64,000 nt of DNA from Minwuia thermotolerans (GTDB lineage: Bacteria > Pseudomonadota > Alphaproteobacteria > Minwuiales > Minwuiaceae): NCBI GenBank assembly GCA_021604565.1, contig BQJF01000012.1, positions 6,429-70,428 on the forward strand. The letters are read 5' to 3'. This document shows positions 1 to 10,362 of the stretch, piece by piece (position 1 is the first letter of the stretch; each line of letters begins with the position of its first letter). The position numbers and the translations under genes are program-made. The notes beneath the pieces are model-generated. The model was not told where the DNA came from. It worked only from the letters and a program-made list of their open reading frames with translations, and did not search any database.

Positions 1-164
1 GGGCCCAGGTTCACGGCTTGCGGGGCGAAACCGATACCCCTGACAAGATGGAAATGCGCGTCCAGTACGACCTCTACTACATCGACAACTGGTCCCTGTG
101 GCTGGATATGAAGATCCTGGTGCGTACCCTGTTCGTGGGTTTCGTGAACCAGAATGCCTACTGA
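1..164 (+). CDS. wcaJ: C-terminal fragment of undecaprenyl-phosphate glycosylphosphotransferase (WcaJ/WbaP family), partial
   Basis: Frame starting at base 3 reads AQVHGLRGETDTPDKMEMRVQYDLYYIDNWSLWLDMKILVRTLFVGFVNQNAY*, the typical bacterial sugar-transferase C-terminus; not in the ORF track. Confidence 0.85.
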   Translation, partial: AQVHGLRGETDTPDKMEMRVQYDLYYIDNWSLWLDMKILVRTLFVGFVNQNAY

Positions 165-191
165 CAACCAGGCCCGGGGGAACCCGGCAGG

Positions 192-1568
192 ATGATCACC
201 TTCCTGGTCGACAGGTTCATGCTGTTCAGCCTGCTGCTGATCATGGCGCTCGCGCCCCTGCCGCTGGGCAGCAACCGCCCGGCGAGCTGGAGCCTGGTGG
301 CACTGGCTGTCGGCGGCCTCATCATCGCCTGGGGACTGCTGGCCTCCGTCCGCCCGACCCTGTTCCGCCTGCAGGGCCGCGACGCAATCTGGCCCGCGCT
401 GCTCTGGGGGCTGGTGATTGTCTGGCTGCTGTTCCAGGCGTCCGGCCCGCAGTTCCTCTGGCATCCGTTCTGGGACCTGGCCGCCGGCCTCGGGGAACCG
501 ACCCGCGGCGCAATTTCCGTCGCTCCCTTCGACACCGGTTCCACGGCCATGCGGATGATGGCCTATGGCGGCATCTTCTGGCTGGCCGTGCAGACCGGCC
601 GGGACAGCGACAATGCCCACGCCCTCAGTCTCGGCGTGCTGCTGGTGGGCCTGTTCTACGCCCTCTACGGCCTCGCCAACGAGATGCTTGGCACCGACAG
701 TATTCTCTGGTTCGAGAAGTGGGCCTATCTCGACGCCCTGACCTCCACCTTCGTCAATCGCAACAGCTTCGCCACCTTCGCCGGCCTGTCGATGGTGACA
801 GGGCTGGGCATGGCCCTGCGTATCCTGCGCCGGGACGAGGTGGAGCCGATCATCCGCAAGCGCCGCACCGACCTGTCGCGCGTTGGCGCCGGCCTGATCC
901 TGATCGCGGTCGCCATCATCGGTGTTGCCCTGGTCCTGACCCATTCACGGGCAGGACTGTTCTCCACGGGCGTGGGCATGGCGACCCTGGTGGTGGCGCA
1001 CCTGTGGCGCTGGCGGCGCATTCCTGGCTGGGGAATGGTCGCGGGCGGGGCGGTACTCGCCGCCTCGGTCCTGCTGTTCGCTGCCGGGACCGGCACCTTC
1101 GAACGCAAGGTCGACAAGGCGGAGGCGGGCGAACTCGGCGGTCGCACCTGGCTGTTCCAGCGCACCATCAGCGCCATCGCCGACGAGCCATTGACCGGGC
1201 ATGGCGCAGGGGCCTTCGAGAGCTATTTCCAGCGCTACAAGAACGCGGACTTCGGCGGCGTCTATTCCATCTCCAAGGCCCACAACAGCTATCTGGAGTT
1301 TGCTGCCGATGCGGGCATTCCGGCCCTGATCCTGGTTGTCGTCGTGATCGGCGGCATAGCCCTGTCGAGCCTGGCGGGCATGCGAAGACGGAAACAGGAC
1401 GCGTCCTACCCGGCGATAGGTTTTGCCGCCACAGCCCTGGTCGCGCTGCACTCCCTTGTCGATTTCAGCCTGCAGATCCCGGCAGTGGCCATCATGTACG
1501 CCACCATCCTCGGCATCGGCTACGCCCAGGCCTTCCCCACCGGCGGCGGACGGCACAACAGACTGTAG
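192..1568 (+). CDS. O-antigen ligase / Wzy_C family polytopic membrane protein
   Basis: Many hydrophobic helices; motifs TFVNRNSFA, THSRAG, TGHGAGAF and AHNSYLE; directly follows the WcaJ-type gene. Confidence 0.85.
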   Translation: MITFLVDRFMLFSLLLIMALAPLPLGSNRPASWSLVALAVGGLIIAWGLLASVRPTLFRLQGRDAIWPALLWGLVIVWLLFQASGPQFLWHPFWDLAAGLGEPTRGAISVAPFDTGSTAMRMMAYGGIFWLAVQTGRDSDNAHALSLGVLLVGLFYALYGLANEMLGTDSILWFEKWAYLDALTSTFVNRNSFATFAGLSMVTGLGMALRILRRDEVEPIIRKRRTDLSRVGAGLILIAVAIIGVALVLTHSRAGLFSTGVGMATLVVAHLWRWRRIPGWGMVAGGAVLAASVLLFAAGTGTFERKVDKAEAGELGGRTWLFQRTISAIADEPLTGHGAGAFESYFQRYKNADFGGVYSISKAHNSYLEFAADAGIPALILVVVVIGGIALSSLAGMRRRKQDASYPAIGFAATALVALHSLVDFSLQIPAVAIMYATILGIGYAQAFPTGGGRHNRL

Positions 1569-1692
1569 GCCTCGCGCAAGATCGCGGCGCCCTTGCAGGG
1601 TTGTCTCTGTTGGTTTCCGGTCAAAGAGATCAGGGCTGGTACGGCTGTGCCGCAGTGCATTGCCGTGCCGTAAATCAGGGCGTTGGAAAAAA

Positions 1693-1769
<77 letters not shown>

Positions 1770-1977
1770 CGCGTGGCCAGCATGTGCGGGCCAGAGGCGC
1801 TCTGATAGCTGAAAAGCGGGGCTGGTGCAATCGGTCTCGCGGTCCTTGCCCAATCATGGGGTCCGGCGTTCAGCGTGGCGCTTCACGCTGGATTGAGCGG
1901 GTGCAGCCTGTCCCATTCCCTGCTGCGACCGGATGCCACGAAGGCGATGGTGCCAGGGGCACCTAAATCCTTGTTCC

Positions 1978-2598
1978 ATGAAACGCACACGCATCTTCGG
2001 GATCTCGGTCCTCGTGCTCGCGGCGCTGATCGGCGGCGGGGCAGTCATTGTTGATGGTCTTCGCGCGCCGTCGCAGCAGGCGGGCGGGGTGAAGACCAGC
2101 GGCACGGTCTCCATCGGCGGTCCCTTCACGCTGACCAATGACGACGGGGAGCAGGTGACCGAGGCGGTGCTGAACGACACCTGGTCGCTGATCTACTTCG
2201 GTTACACCTTCTGCCCCGACGTCTGCCCGACGGAATTGCAGGACATGGCGGCAGTGATGGATGAACTGGGCGCGGACGCTGCGAAGGTGACGCCGGTCTT
2301 CATCACGGTCGATCCGTCACGGGACGATGTCGCGCAGATGCACGCCTACGTCGAGGCGTTCCATCCGCGCATGATCGGACTGACCGGGACGGAAGCGGAA
2401 GTCACCAGGGCTGCGAAGGCCTATCGCGTCTATTACGCCAAGGCTCCGAGCGACACGCCGGACGATCCCTATTACCTGATGGATCACTCCAATTTCATCT
2501 ACTTCATGGGGCCGGACGGGCAGAACGTGGACATCTTCAACGGTCAGATGGCGATCGAGGAGATGGCAGGCCGGATTCAGGCAGCGATCAAGGGATAG
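1978..2598 (+). CDS. SCO1/SenC family copper chaperone
   Basis: N-terminal membrane anchor, IGGPFTL, FGYTFCPDVCPTEL (CxxxC) and YLMDHS; start placed at ATG 1978. Confidence 0.92.
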   Translation: MKRTRIFGISVLVLAALIGGGAVIVDGLRAPSQQAGGVKTSGTVSIGGPFTLTNDDGEQVTEAVLNDTWSLIYFGYTFCPDVCPTELQDMAAVMDELGADAAKVTPVFITVDPSRDDVAQMHAYVEAFHPRMIGLTGTEAEVTRAAKAYRVYYAKAPSDTPDDPYYLMDHSNFIYFMGPDGQNVDIFNGQMAIEEMAGRIQAAIKG

Positions 2599-2633
2599 GG
2601 ACGGAAGGATTTCTGGTCTCTGACCGGCCCGTT

Positions 2634-3446
2634 TCAGGCGAGCATGCGGATGGCGGTCGCGAACAGGAACAGGGCGAAGGCGAGCTTCAGCGTGCGCGGT
2701 TTCATGCCATGGGCGAGACGCGCGCCGAGCGGGGCGGTCAGGCTGGCGAAGGGGGCGATCAGCACCAGGCCCAGCAGGTTGACATGCCCGGCGCTCGCCT
2801 GCGGCAGGGCGGCGACGCCCCAGCCGGAGACGATGAAACCCACTGCGCCGGGAAGGGCGATGATCAGGCCGATGGCGGCGGCCGTGCCGACTGCGCGATG
2901 CACCGGATAGCCGAAGATGTTGAAGTAGGGGACGCACAGGGTGCCACCGCCGATCCCCATCATGGCCGACGTGCCGCCGATGGCGAAACCGGACGCCGCC
3001 CCCGCGGCCCCGCCGGGCAGCCGGTCACGCAGCCGGAAGTCCGCCGGGGTGAAGGCCATGTAGGCGGCGACGATCAGCGCGACGATGGCGAAGACCATGG
3101 TGAGCGTCTCACCACTGACGAGGCTGGCGATCAGCACACCCGAGACGGATCCGGCGAAGATGAACGGCCCCCAGCGCCTCAGCAGATCCGTATCCACCGC
3201 ACCCCTGCGATGATGCGCCCGCGCGGAGCCGATGGAGGTCAGCACGATGCTGGCCAGCGAGGTGCCGACGGCCACATGCATGCGCACCGACGGGTCGATC
3301 TCCAGTTGCCCCAGCATTGTGTAGAGCACCGGCACCACGACGATACCACCGCCGACACCGAGCAGACCTGCCAGAACGCCAGCGACACATCCGGTGCCCA
3401 CCAGAATGGCGGCAAGGGGCAGCAGGTCAGCAGTCAGTTCCATCAT
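2634..3446 (-). CDS. Sulfite exporter TauE/SafE family membrane protein
   Basis: GLLGVGGGIVVVP and MMGIGGGTLCVP repeated half-motifs, AVGTSLA, about 8 TM helices. Confidence 0.9.
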   Translation of the reverse strand: MMELTADLLPLAAILVGTGCVAGVLAGLLGVGGGIVVVPVLYTMLGQLEIDPSVRMHVAVGTSLASIVLTSIGSARAHHRRGAVDTDLLRRWGPFIFAGSVSGVLIASLVSGETLTMVFAIVALIVAAYMAFTPADFRLRDRLPGGAAGAASGFAIGGTSAMMGIGGGTLCVPYFNIFGYPVHRAVGTAAAIGLIIALPGAVGFIVSGWGVAALPQASAGHVNLLGLVLIAPFASLTAPLGARLAHGMKPRTLKLAFALFLFATAIRMLA

Positions 3447-3484
3447 GTCTCCGGGTGAATCGGTGGTGGTCCCAGCCCTCAGGA

Positions 3485-4339
3485 TCAGCGAAAAAGCATC
3501 ACCGGGACAAGGCAGGACCGGATCATCTCGCTGGTGGTGCTGCCGATGATCAGGCTGCGGATGCGGGAATGGCCGTAGGCCCCCATGACTAGCAGGTCGA
3601 TCCTGTCGATTTCGACCTTGGCGGCGATGACACTGTCGGCCTGACCGGGGCGAATGCCGGTTTCCACCTCGTAACCCGCCTTCCGCAGGATGGCGGCGGC
3701 GTTCTCCAGATTGCGTTCGGCCTCGTCGGTGCGGTTGCCAACCGTCAGCAGGTGACAGACGGTGCCGGGAAACAGCACACCGTGGGCGATGTGGCGCACG
3801 GCCTTCATCGCGCTCTCGCCACCGTCGAAGGCAATCAGCAGGTTGTTGATGGGCCGGAAAGCGCGAGAGGTGACCAGCACCGGCTTGTGACAGGCCCGTA
3901 CCACCCGCTCCAGATTCGATCCCAGGTGCAGCTTCGCAAAGTCCGCGCCCTCGCCGCGCTTGCCGATGATGACCAGATCGGCGTCTGACTCGGCCTCCTG
4001 CAGGTTCTCGATCAGGTCGCCATGGCGCAGCCGCGCGGTGACGTCGGCAACACCTGCCTGTTCCAGACGCTGCTTCGCCTCCTCCAGCACCAACCGTGCC
4101 CGCTTCTGCGTCAGTCGCGCCTGTTCCTGGTCCAGCGTCGCCAGCTCGGTCAGCAGATGCTCCTTGGCATCCACATTGATGCTGCCGCTCAGGTCCGTCG
4201 GTGCGCTGGAGGTATTGCGCCGCCCCAGCACCTGCAGCAGCTCCACCGAAGCCCCCGTCTGCCCTGCCGCCCAGGCGGCATGGTCACAGACACTGCGCGA
4301 ATAGACCGATCCGTCGATCAGGGCCAGCAGCCTGGTCAT
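3485..4339 (-). CDS. Universal stress protein (tandem USP domains)
   Basis: LLALIDGS, DLVIIGKRG, LGSNLERVVR, LLVMGAYGHSRIRSLIIGSTT; SD-like GGGGGAGAG upstream of ATG 4339. Confidence 0.92.
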   Translation of the reverse strand: MTRLLALIDGSVYSRSVCDHAAWAAGQTGASVELLQVLGRRNTSSAPTDLSGSINVDAKEHLLTELATLDQEQARLTQKRARLVLEEAKQRLEQAGVADVTARLRHGDLIENLQEAESDADLVIIGKRGEGADFAKLHLGSNLERVVRACHKPVLVTSRAFRPINNLLIAFDGGESAMKAVRHIAHGVLFPGTVCHLLTVGNRTDEAERNLENAAAILRKAGYEVETGIRPGQADSVIAAKVEIDRIDLLVMGAYGHSRIRSLIIGSTTSEMIRSCLVPVMLFR

Positions 4340-4507
4340 CTGTACATCTCTCCCCCAAGACACGACCGCTCTGCGTCAGCCTCTGAACCAACCATACACG
4401 GGAATGAGGTGGCAGGGAGAGCTTGTGGTGCAGATGATCAGTGGTTCGGGTGAGAGAACGTCGGCTTCAGGATCGGGCCGGTGCCGCAATCTGGCTGTGG
4501 AACCGTG

Positions 4508-6121
4508 CTAACCGAAGAGAAGGCGCGTTGGCGGAAAGACGAGCCTTGCACGCAATCCCCCTTCCGGCCGGTTCTCCAGCGACAGCCTTGCGTTGTGCAG
4601 GTCGGCATAGCGGCGACTGATGGCCAGGCCCAGTCCCAGTCCGCGATTGCTGTCCGTGGTCATCGGATTGTGAGTGCCCTGCTCGAATGGCCGGAACAGT
4701 TTCTCCGCTGTTTCCTGATCAATACCGGGTCCCGTGTCCAGAATCTCGATTTCCAGTTCGTTCTCCGCAGTGAGATGGGCATCGATGTCGATCATGCCCT
4801 CCGGCGGCGTGAACTTCAGGGCGTTGGTGACGATGTTGCCGATGATCCTTTTCAGCATGACCGGATCGGCCCACAGGTTCGGGACTTCGGGTGCGACACC
4901 ACTGCTGAAACGTATCCGTTTCCTCAGCGTCTCGCTCCTGGCGATGCTGTCGATCTCGTTGAAGATCTCCTGCAGGTCACAGGCTTCCTCGCGCTGATTG
5001 TCCTCATCCGCCTCGATCCGCGCGAGATCCAGAATGGAGTCGATAATGCCCAGCAGGGATCGCCCACTCGTGTGTATGTCGGTCACATAGGCCGCATATT
5101 GCCTGTTCTGAACCGGTCCCAGCATCTCCAGCTTGATCATCTCGGACATGCCGATGATCGCGTTCAAGGGCGTGCGCAGGTCGTGACTGAAATTGGCCAG
5201 AAAGCGGCTCTTGGCGTCATTCGCCTCTTCGGCGCGGCGGCGGGCCTTGACCGCGTCGGCCTGGATCTCGATCGCGGCCCGCAGGGCGGTCTGCCGCTCC
5301 ATGTCCCTGCTGTCGAGCACACGCGTGACTGCCAGCACGATGAGAAAGAGCACCAGCGAGTTCGTCACGGTCAGGGCAGCAAGCGCAATTGTCGACCCAA
5401 GCAGGATCTCGTGGATGATGTAGCCAAGCGCCATCGGAACCAGCACCATCGGAACGGCAAGACTGCGCATCACGATCCCGCCGATGCTGTCAGAGCGAAG
5501 CTGGCGCAGGAGCACCCCTTCCTCGCCCGTCAGAAACAGGGCAAGGGTCACGTTCAGCACACAGAACGTCGTCAGGATCGACATGGTGCCGAAGAACCCG
5601 GAGAATCTGAGATCCCGGAGGTCGAACAGGTAGGTGTAGGCCACGATCAGAACAATGATGATCAGGGTCGAGACCAGCATCTGTCGGACCCAGTGCGCAA
5701 CAACACCGCCCCGGAGCATCAGCAACAGGGAAAGCCCGATCAGCATGCCGCATACGGCAGTCGCCGCCGACATCTGACCGGCGCGCGCTCCCACTGTCCA
5801 GGGATCACGCAGGATGACTTCTGCAAATTCAAAGCCCGAACCGGGCTGCAACTCGGCCAGACTGACCACGCTGATGCCAAGGACCAGAATGCCGGTCGTG
5901 TCACGCAGCAGGCGTGAACGCCAGCGCTGGGTGGCGTTCGCTGCCAGGCAGCCAATCGCCGCAGCCGAGAGCATCACCGCCGTATTGACCTTCATGCTCG
6001 GGGCGTCGGGAAGCAACCGGGTGAACCACTCGATTCCGAACACCCAACCGGCGACCAGTACAGTCAAGCTGCACAGCAGAGAGGCCGAACTCAACGATAC
6101 CGCAACCAGACGCAGACTCAT
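4508..6121 (-). CDS. Membrane sensor histidine kinase (PleC/DivJ-like H-box)
   Basis: Multi-TM N-terminus; H-box FLANFSHDLRTPLNAIIG; N-box NIVTNALKFT; G boxes DTGPGI and GLGLGLAIS. Confidence 0.9.
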   Translation of the reverse strand: MSLRLVAVSLSSASLLCSLTVLVAGWVFGIEWFTRLLPDAPSMKVNTAVMLSAAAIGCLAANATQRWRSRLLRDTTGILVLGISVVSLAELQPGSGFEFAEVILRDPWTVGARAGQMSAATAVCGMLIGLSLLLMLRGGVVAHWVRQMLVSTLIIIVLIVAYTYLFDLRDLRFSGFFGTMSILTTFCVLNVTLALFLTGEEGVLLRQLRSDSIGGIVMRSLAVPMVLVPMALGYIIHEILLGSTIALAALTVTNSLVLFLIVLAVTRVLDSRDMERQTALRAAIEIQADAVKARRRAEEANDAKSRFLANFSHDLRTPLNAIIGMSEMIKLEMLGPVQNRQYAAYVTDIHTSGRSLLGIIDSILDLARIEADEDNQREEACDLQEIFNEIDSIARSETLRKRIRFSSGVAPEVPNLWADPVMLKRIIGNIVTNALKFTPPEGMIDIDAHLTAENELEIEILDTGPGIDQETAEKLFRPFEQGTHNPMTTDSNRGLGLGLAISRRYADLHNARLSLENRPEGGLRARLVFPPTRLLFG

Positions 6122-6580
6122 TCGCAAACAGCCATGTTGGCGCGGAGCAATGATCTCTCCGTCGCAATCAGGGAAACCTGTCCGTCAGCGCATTCTGCTC
6201 TTGCTGTACGTACCCTGTGCTCTCGGCACGACGGGTCTCCGATCCGTCCGCTGGACAGCATCCGAAGCAACTGAATTCTTCAGCAGCTCTGCCGTGGCAA
6301 TGGCTGTCGCAGCGGTCTGCCCGAAGCTTCGCGCTTCTGCAAATCAACCGCAAGCGTCATTACCGGACAAAAACAAAGCCCATTGCTGCAACAAGCATTA
6401 ACGCACGGCAAGAACAGCCGTTTTCTGCGCCTTCTTCGAGAACGGGAAGTACGCGCGGATCACCTATGCAACATCCAGAGGAGGGTCCCCGCTGGCGTCG
6501 GTTCGTACCATCAGATGACGGCATCGCACCATTGGTTACTCCGAGCGCAGAGATCCTTTGACAAGGCCTTCTAACCAATC

Positions 6581-6620
6581 ACGCCGCATGGGCTCCGGCT
6601 AGGCCGGGACCATGCGGCGT
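6581..6620 (-). terminator. GC-rich hairpin downstream of the malyl-CoA lyase gene
   Basis: ACGCCGCATGG...CCATGCGGCGT inverted repeat 20 bp past the stop; no clear U-tract. Confidence 0.45.
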
Positions 6621-6640
6621 GCAGTGCTGTTCCGGGTCGG

Positions 6641-7621
6641 TTAGCGACCGCTGATCAGTTCGGACTGCTTGACCAGTGCTTCGGCCTGCTTGATGGAGGC
6701 AATGTCGATCAGGCGACCGTCGAGGGCGACCGCCCCGCGGCCTTCCTTCTGCGCCTGCTCCATGGCTTCCAGGATGCGCTTGGCCTTGGCGACTTCCTTT
6801 TCGGACGGGGTAAAGACCTCGTTGGCCGTGGCGATCTGGCTCGGGTGGATGGCCCACTTGCCTTCGCAGCCGAGGATCGCGGAACGGTTGGCCTGGGCCT
6901 TGTAGCCATCGGGATCGGAGAAGTCGCCGAACGGGCCGTCGATCGGGCGCAGGCCGTTGGCGCGGGCGGCGACCACCATGCGGGCGACCGCATAATGCCA
7001 CATGTCACCCCAGTGATAGTCACGCGCGCCGCCATCCTCAGCCGGATCGGTGAGAACACCATAGAGCGGGTTCGGGCCACCGATCACCGTGGTGCGGGCC
7101 TTGGTGGAGGCGGCATAGTCGGCAACACCGAAATGCAGCGACTCGTTACGCGGGCTGGCGGCGGCGATCTCGTCAACGTTGGCCATGCCCAGCGCGGTCT
7201 CGATGATCATCTCAAAGCCGATCCGCTTCTTGCGACCGATCGCTGCCTCGATCTGCGTTACCAGCATGTCGACGGCATAGATGTCGGAGGCGGTGCCCGC
7301 CTTCGGGATCATGATCAGGTCCAGACGCTCGCCGCCCTGTTCCAGCACATCCACCACGTCGCGGTACATGTAGTGCGTGTCCAGGCCATTGATGCGCAGC
7401 GACATGGTCTTGCCGCCCCAGTCGATGTCGTTCAGCGCCTCGATGATGTTCTTGCGGGCGGAGGCCTTGTCGTCCGGTGCAACGGCGTCCTCCAGATCGA
7501 GGAAGATCACGTCGGCGTCGGACTTGGCGGCCTTTTCGAACATCTTCGGGGATGACCCCGGCACGGCAAGCTCGCAACGGTTCAGGCGCGGCGTGGTCTG
7601 TTCGACAATCTTGAAGGACAT
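6641..7621 (-). CDS. mcl: L-malyl-CoA/beta-methylmalyl-CoA lyase (CitE/HpcH family)
   Basis: RLNRCELAVPGS, FLDLEDAVAPDDK, LHFGVADYAAS, GCEGKWAIHPSQ and the Mcl-type HWGDMWHYA segment. Confidence 0.88.
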   Translation of the reverse strand: MSFKIVEQTTPRLNRCELAVPGSSPKMFEKAAKSDADVIFLDLEDAVAPDDKASARKNIIEALNDIDWGGKTMSLRINGLDTHYMYRDVVDVLEQGGERLDLIMIPKAGTASDIYAVDMLVTQIEAAIGRKKRIGFEMIIETALGMANVDEIAAASPRNESLHFGVADYAASTKARTTVIGGPNPLYGVLTDPAEDGGARDYHWGDMWHYAVARMVVAARANGLRPIDGPFGDFSDPDGYKAQANRSAILGCEGKWAIHPSQIATANEVFTPSEKEVAKAKRILEAMEQAQKEGRGAVALDGRLIDIASIKQAEALVKQSELISGR

Positions 7622-7724
7622 TTTCGGGATTCCCCCTGGTTCGTGGATTTTCTGCCTCTGCCGCTCTCTTACAGACCACCGCGCAAGCAGACAAGCGAAC
7701 TCGCTGCCGCGCGCGGGTCGGCGG

Positions 7725-8639
7725 TCAGCCGATCCGGCCCCGTCGCGCCAGCGGATGGGCTTCCTCCACCAGTGCGGTCAGCCGCGCTTCCTGCACGTGA
7801 GTGTAGATCTGGGTGGTGGAAATATCCGCGTGCCCCAGCATCTTCTGCAGGCTGCGCAGGTCGGCGCCCCCTGCCAGCAGATGACTGGCGAAGGCGTGGC
7901 GCAGCACGTGCGGCGACACCTTCGCGGCGTCGATTCCGGCGTCCCGCGCAAGCTGCTTCAGCGCGATTCCGAAAGCCTGCCGTGTCAGGTGACCGCTGGC
8001 ACCGCGGGAAGGAAACAGCCACGGCGAAGGCTGCCCCTTCGGCAGAAACATCGAGCGGACGTCCAGATAGCGCGCCAGTGCCTCCAGCGCCTCCGGACTC
8101 ATGGGCGCCAGCCGTTCCCGCCCCCCCTTGCCCCGCACCTGCAGGAAGCGGGGATCGGGTCCGAGCGGGGGATGCGGCAGGGTCAGCAACTCGCTGACCC
8201 TGAGGCCGGAGGCATAGATCACCTCCAGCAGGCAGGTCAGGCGCAGTCCCTTGTAGTCCGTCTTCGTGGCCGCGCAGTGCAAAAGATCGGACACATCCTC
8301 TACCGTCAGCACCTTGGGCAACGGACGCGACAGCCGGGGCGCGTCGAGGGCCTGCGCCGGATCATCCGCACGCAGACCATCCTGAACCAGAAACCGGTAA
8401 AGGCCGCGAAGTGCGGAAAGCTTGCGTGCCTGGGTGGATGCGGCCAGTCCCGCCTTCATCATTTCCTGCAGGCAGCGCCGCAGGTCATCGGCCTGGGCAT
8501 CATGCAGGCTGCGTCCGCGCGGCAATGCCTCGGCAACACCGTTCAGGTCCCGCCGATAGGCCGCGAGTGTATTGGCTGCGGCACCACGCTCCGCCGCCAG
8601 CATGTCGAGATAGAGGTCGATCAGCCGCCCGTCATTCAC
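7725..8639 (-). CDS. xerD: Tyrosine recombinase XerD
   Basis: ERGAAANTLAAYRRDL, YASGLRVSEL, GKGGRER, SPHVLRHAFASHLL, QKMLGHADISTTQIYTHV. Confidence 0.93.
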   Translation of the reverse strand: MNDGRLIDLYLDMLAAERGAAANTLAAYRRDLNGVAEALPRGRSLHDAQADDLRRCLQEMMKAGLAASTQARKLSALRGLYRFLVQDGLRADDPAQALDAPRLSRPLPKVLTVEDVSDLLHCAATKTDYKGLRLTCLLEVIYASGLRVSELLTLPHPPLGPDPRFLQVRGKGGRERLAPMSPEALEALARYLDVRSMFLPKGQPSPWLFPSRGASGHLTRQAFGIALKQLARDAGIDAAKVSPHVLRHAFASHLLAGGADLRSLQKMLGHADISTTQIYTHVQEARLTALVEEAHPLARRGRIG

Positions 8640-10362
8640 CGGACCGCACGACCTCGGTGGCGATCAGGGCCTCCACCGCCATCCGCTCCGCCACCGGCGC
8701 GAGACCAAGCCGACGCAGCGATCCGACAATGCTGGCCAGTGCGACCGGATCAAGTGCACCCGGCCCCGTGGGACCCATCAGTGCCAGCGCGGCCTGCACC
8801 GCCTCCCCGGTCCTGCCCGCGCCGGTAGCCAGCACCATCTGGCGCCAGAGTGCGGCGTCTGTCGTGGAAACTGCGGCACTGTCCGTGGCCGGTGACTGCA
8901 GCGCGTCGGTCCAGAGTCCCTCCGTCACCGGACGCCCCACCGCGTCCATCAGCAACAGGATGCGGTGCCACTGCTGGTCCGCCCCCTCCCCCGCCGGGTT
9001 GGCATCGCGCCAGTTGCCCAATCGCCTGTTGTTGGCGGGATCGATGCCCGAGACCTGGGCAAGCGGCAGGGCGGCTGTCTGGGCCAGGATGGCATCCCGC
9101 TCCCCCGCCGCAGCACGACGTCGCAACAGCTCCAGCCAGCCCCGCGCCCGGTCCACGTCACCATTCAGCAGATGCATGCGGAATGCCGCCGGGGCCAGGA
9201 AGGCCAGATCAATGGAGGGCAGCAGACGTTCCAGCGCCGGTGCGGCCAAGGCGGCCGCCGTCGCTGCATCGCCCTGCGTCAGGGCGATCGTCCACATCGC
9301 GAGCATCGCCTCTGCCCGCGCCAGCTTGCCCTCTGCCCGTGCGAATGTGACTGCCGCCTGACGGAAATCGTCGGCATTCAGGTCCGCATCGGGTGCGCCA
9401 AGGATCAGGGTCACGGCAGCGGGCTGCACGGTTCCGGTGCGTATCGCGAGAAGGCCTGCGTCAAGTCGCTGTGGTGTCGTCAGCCGGGGCATGGTTGCCA
9501 GCCGGGCGGCGATGGCCGGTGCCAGCCCGGCAAGGGATTTCAGGCTCGCCTTCTGACCAAGACGGAACATGGCCAGATGCAGGGGGGAAAGCTGTGCCGC
9601 ATCCTCCAGTTCCACGGTCACATCGTCGGCCATCGCATCGGCGAGGTCATCGAAGACGGGACTGCTCCGCCCGGTCTCGTTCAGGATCGTGCGGGTCAGA
9701 TCCGCGTCGGGGCGCCGCCCCGCCTGCAGGTCACAGAACACGGACGCACGCTGCCAGAAGTCGCGGCTGCCGCCACGCACCTGGGCACCGACGAGATCGC
9801 AGGCACGCTTGACATCACCGCTCAACAGCAGGGCGTCAGCCAGGGGACGGCTGTAGGCAGGGTTGTTCAGATCACCGCTCGATGCTGCCTCCGCCAGCGC
9901 CACCGCCGAATCCGCCTCCCCCATGGTGATGAGCAGGGTCATGCGCTGCCCCAGCAGGGCGGCGCTGTCGCTGCCGGTCGGCGGCGTCCCGATGGAAAGC
10001 AGCAGGCGGCGCGCCAGATCACGAGCCGCAGGCGATGCATGATGGTTCGGCATCCGCCCGTAGAGCGCATGCACGATCCCCGCAGACGATCCTTCCCAGA
10101 GACCAAGCCCGAGGCCACCGGACGAAGGGCCAAGCAGCCCGGCCGCAGCCTCCCCCGGGGCATCAAGCTGACCAATGACGATCCCACCGGTCGTGACGCT
10201 CTTGTCTGTCGATGCTTCGGCAGCGCCCTCCGAATTCACCGTTGCAGGCAGCAGCGACTTCGGGCCGCTGCTCCGCCCCGCGTCGGAACTGGTCTGTGCC
10301 AGCGCCAGAACGGGCAGGAACAGGCAGAGCCCGAGCAGGCTGCTAACGCGGAAAACGCTCAT
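8632..10362 (-). CDS. Conserved hypothetical exported, alanine-rich helical protein
   Basis: Signal-peptide-like start MSVFRVSSLLGLCLFLPVLALAQ at ATG 10362; segments GLGLGLWEGS and FWQRASVFC; stop overlaps the xerD start by 8 nt. Confidence 0.7.
   Translation of the reverse strand: MSVFRVSSLLGLCLFLPVLALAQTSSDAGRSSGPKSLLPATVNSEGAAEASTDKSVTTGGIVIGQLDAPGEAAAGLLGPSSGGLGLGLWEGSSAGIVHALYGRMPNHHASPAARDLARRLLLSIGTPPTGSDSAALLGQRMTLLITMGEADSAVALAEAASSGDLNNPAYSRPLADALLLSGDVKRACDLVGAQVRGGSRDFWQRASVFCDLQAGRRPDADLTRTILNETGRSSPVFDDLADAMADDVTVELEDAAQLSPLHLAMFRLGQKASLKSLAGLAPAIAARLATMPRLTTPQRLDAGLLAIRTGTVQPAAVTLILGAPDADLNADDFRQAAVTFARAEGKLARAEAMLAMWTIALTQGDAATAAALAAPALERLLPSIDLAFLAPAAFRMHLLNGDVDRARGWLELLRRRAAAGERDAILAQTAALPLAQVSGIDPANNRRLGNWRDANPAGEGADQQWHRILLLMDAVGRPVTEGLWTDALQSPATDSAAVSTTDAALWRQMVLATGAGRTGEAVQAALALMGPTGPGALDPVALASIVGSLRRLGLAPVAERMAVEALIATEVVRSGE

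Noticed and set aside
6128-6580. 450-bp intergenic region as an sRNA or small gene
   Set aside because: Short ORFs lack SD or motifs and no RNA family was recognisable; cannot be supported without data
7725-8639. Tyrosine recombinase as a mobile-element integrase
   Set aside because: Motifs and the aroK/aroB context indicate chromosomal XerD
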